From: Takakia lepidozioides | Lineage: Eukaryota; Plantae; Bryophyta | Assembly (NCBI GenBank): GCA_030704615.1 | Contig: CM060733.1 | Location: 55,490,001 to 55,554,000 of the forward strand | DNA length: 64,000 nucleotides | Direction: 5' to 3' | Shown here: in pieces, positions 63,696 through 64,000 of the stretch | Numbering within the stretch: the first letter of the stretch is position 1 | Layout: the number at the start of each line of letters is the position of its first letter | Program-made: the position numbers and the translations under genes | The notes under the pieces: model-generated | Told to the model about the DNA's origin: nothing | Database searches by the model: none | What the model saw: only the letters and a program-made list of their open reading frames with translations

Positions 63696-64000
63696 CAAAA
63701 CGTGCTTATGGTTGGGATTCTCCTTCCTCTTCCTGCATGCACATGTAACCGGGGAAGTAGCACGGCAGAGCAGGCCACGCGATGAGGCGGGAATCTCACG
63801 ATGAGGAGTCAGTCAGATGCCACAGAACGTACAGAGCTACCACGCCAGAACCTGCTCTCACATGCACATTCGTCTCATGCACACACCTCTCTCTCTCTCT
63901 TACACCAAGTTTGCACACCAAAAATACCTCCCCGATTCCATTTTCAGGGACCCCTTTATTCAGCTGCCACATCACATGTGAGTCACTACCACGCGGCAAG
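63696..64000 (-). repeat. 5' LTR (partial, runs off the window)
   Basis: Direct repeat of 58417-58721. Confidence 0.9.

Larger units (their letters stand above)
58408..64000 (-). mobile_element. LTR retrotransposon (Ty3/gypsy-like), internally deleted: extra ORF(s), gag, protease, dUTPase-like domain; RT and integrase missing
   Basis: Direct repeats 58417-58721 and 63696-64000 (about 8 mismatches), a PBS, gag (FDNFLELFESIA), protease (VIDTGC) and a dUTPase fold. Confidence 0.85.

Overview
Eukaryotic nuclear DNA from a land plant, most likely a non-seed lineage (inferred from the PLS-DYW PPR pseudogenes, GT-AG introns and TE types). Intact-looking spliced host genes are sorbitol dehydrogenase (-), a Kelch-repeat protein (+), a divergent heme-oxygenase-like protein (-) and a carbonyl-reductase-type SDR (+). 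There are also two PPR pseudogenes, an F-box pseudogene and many decayed TEs. Highlights: (1) a Ty3/gypsy retrotransposon (about 38.9-46.9 kb, -) carries a DNMT3-like C5 cytosine methyltransferase between protease and RT and a PHD finger at the integrase C-terminus; a second, older copy lies next to it. (2) A multi-exon, frameshifted gene (5.0-10.8 kb, -) fuses a ParB/Srx-like DGNHR domain to a beta-class N4C/N6A DNA-methyltransferase-like domain, and its non-coding segments hold a dozen or so copies of the palindrome TGAGTGCG-N4-CGCACTCA. (3) An RNase H plus restriction-like-endonuclease LINE 3' end finishes in a tetraloop-rich RNA structure. (4) An LTR element has a dUTPase fold in pol and an extra pre-gag ORF ending in a dUTPase motif-5-like sequence. 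All calls come from manual reading of the sequence; no database searches were run.
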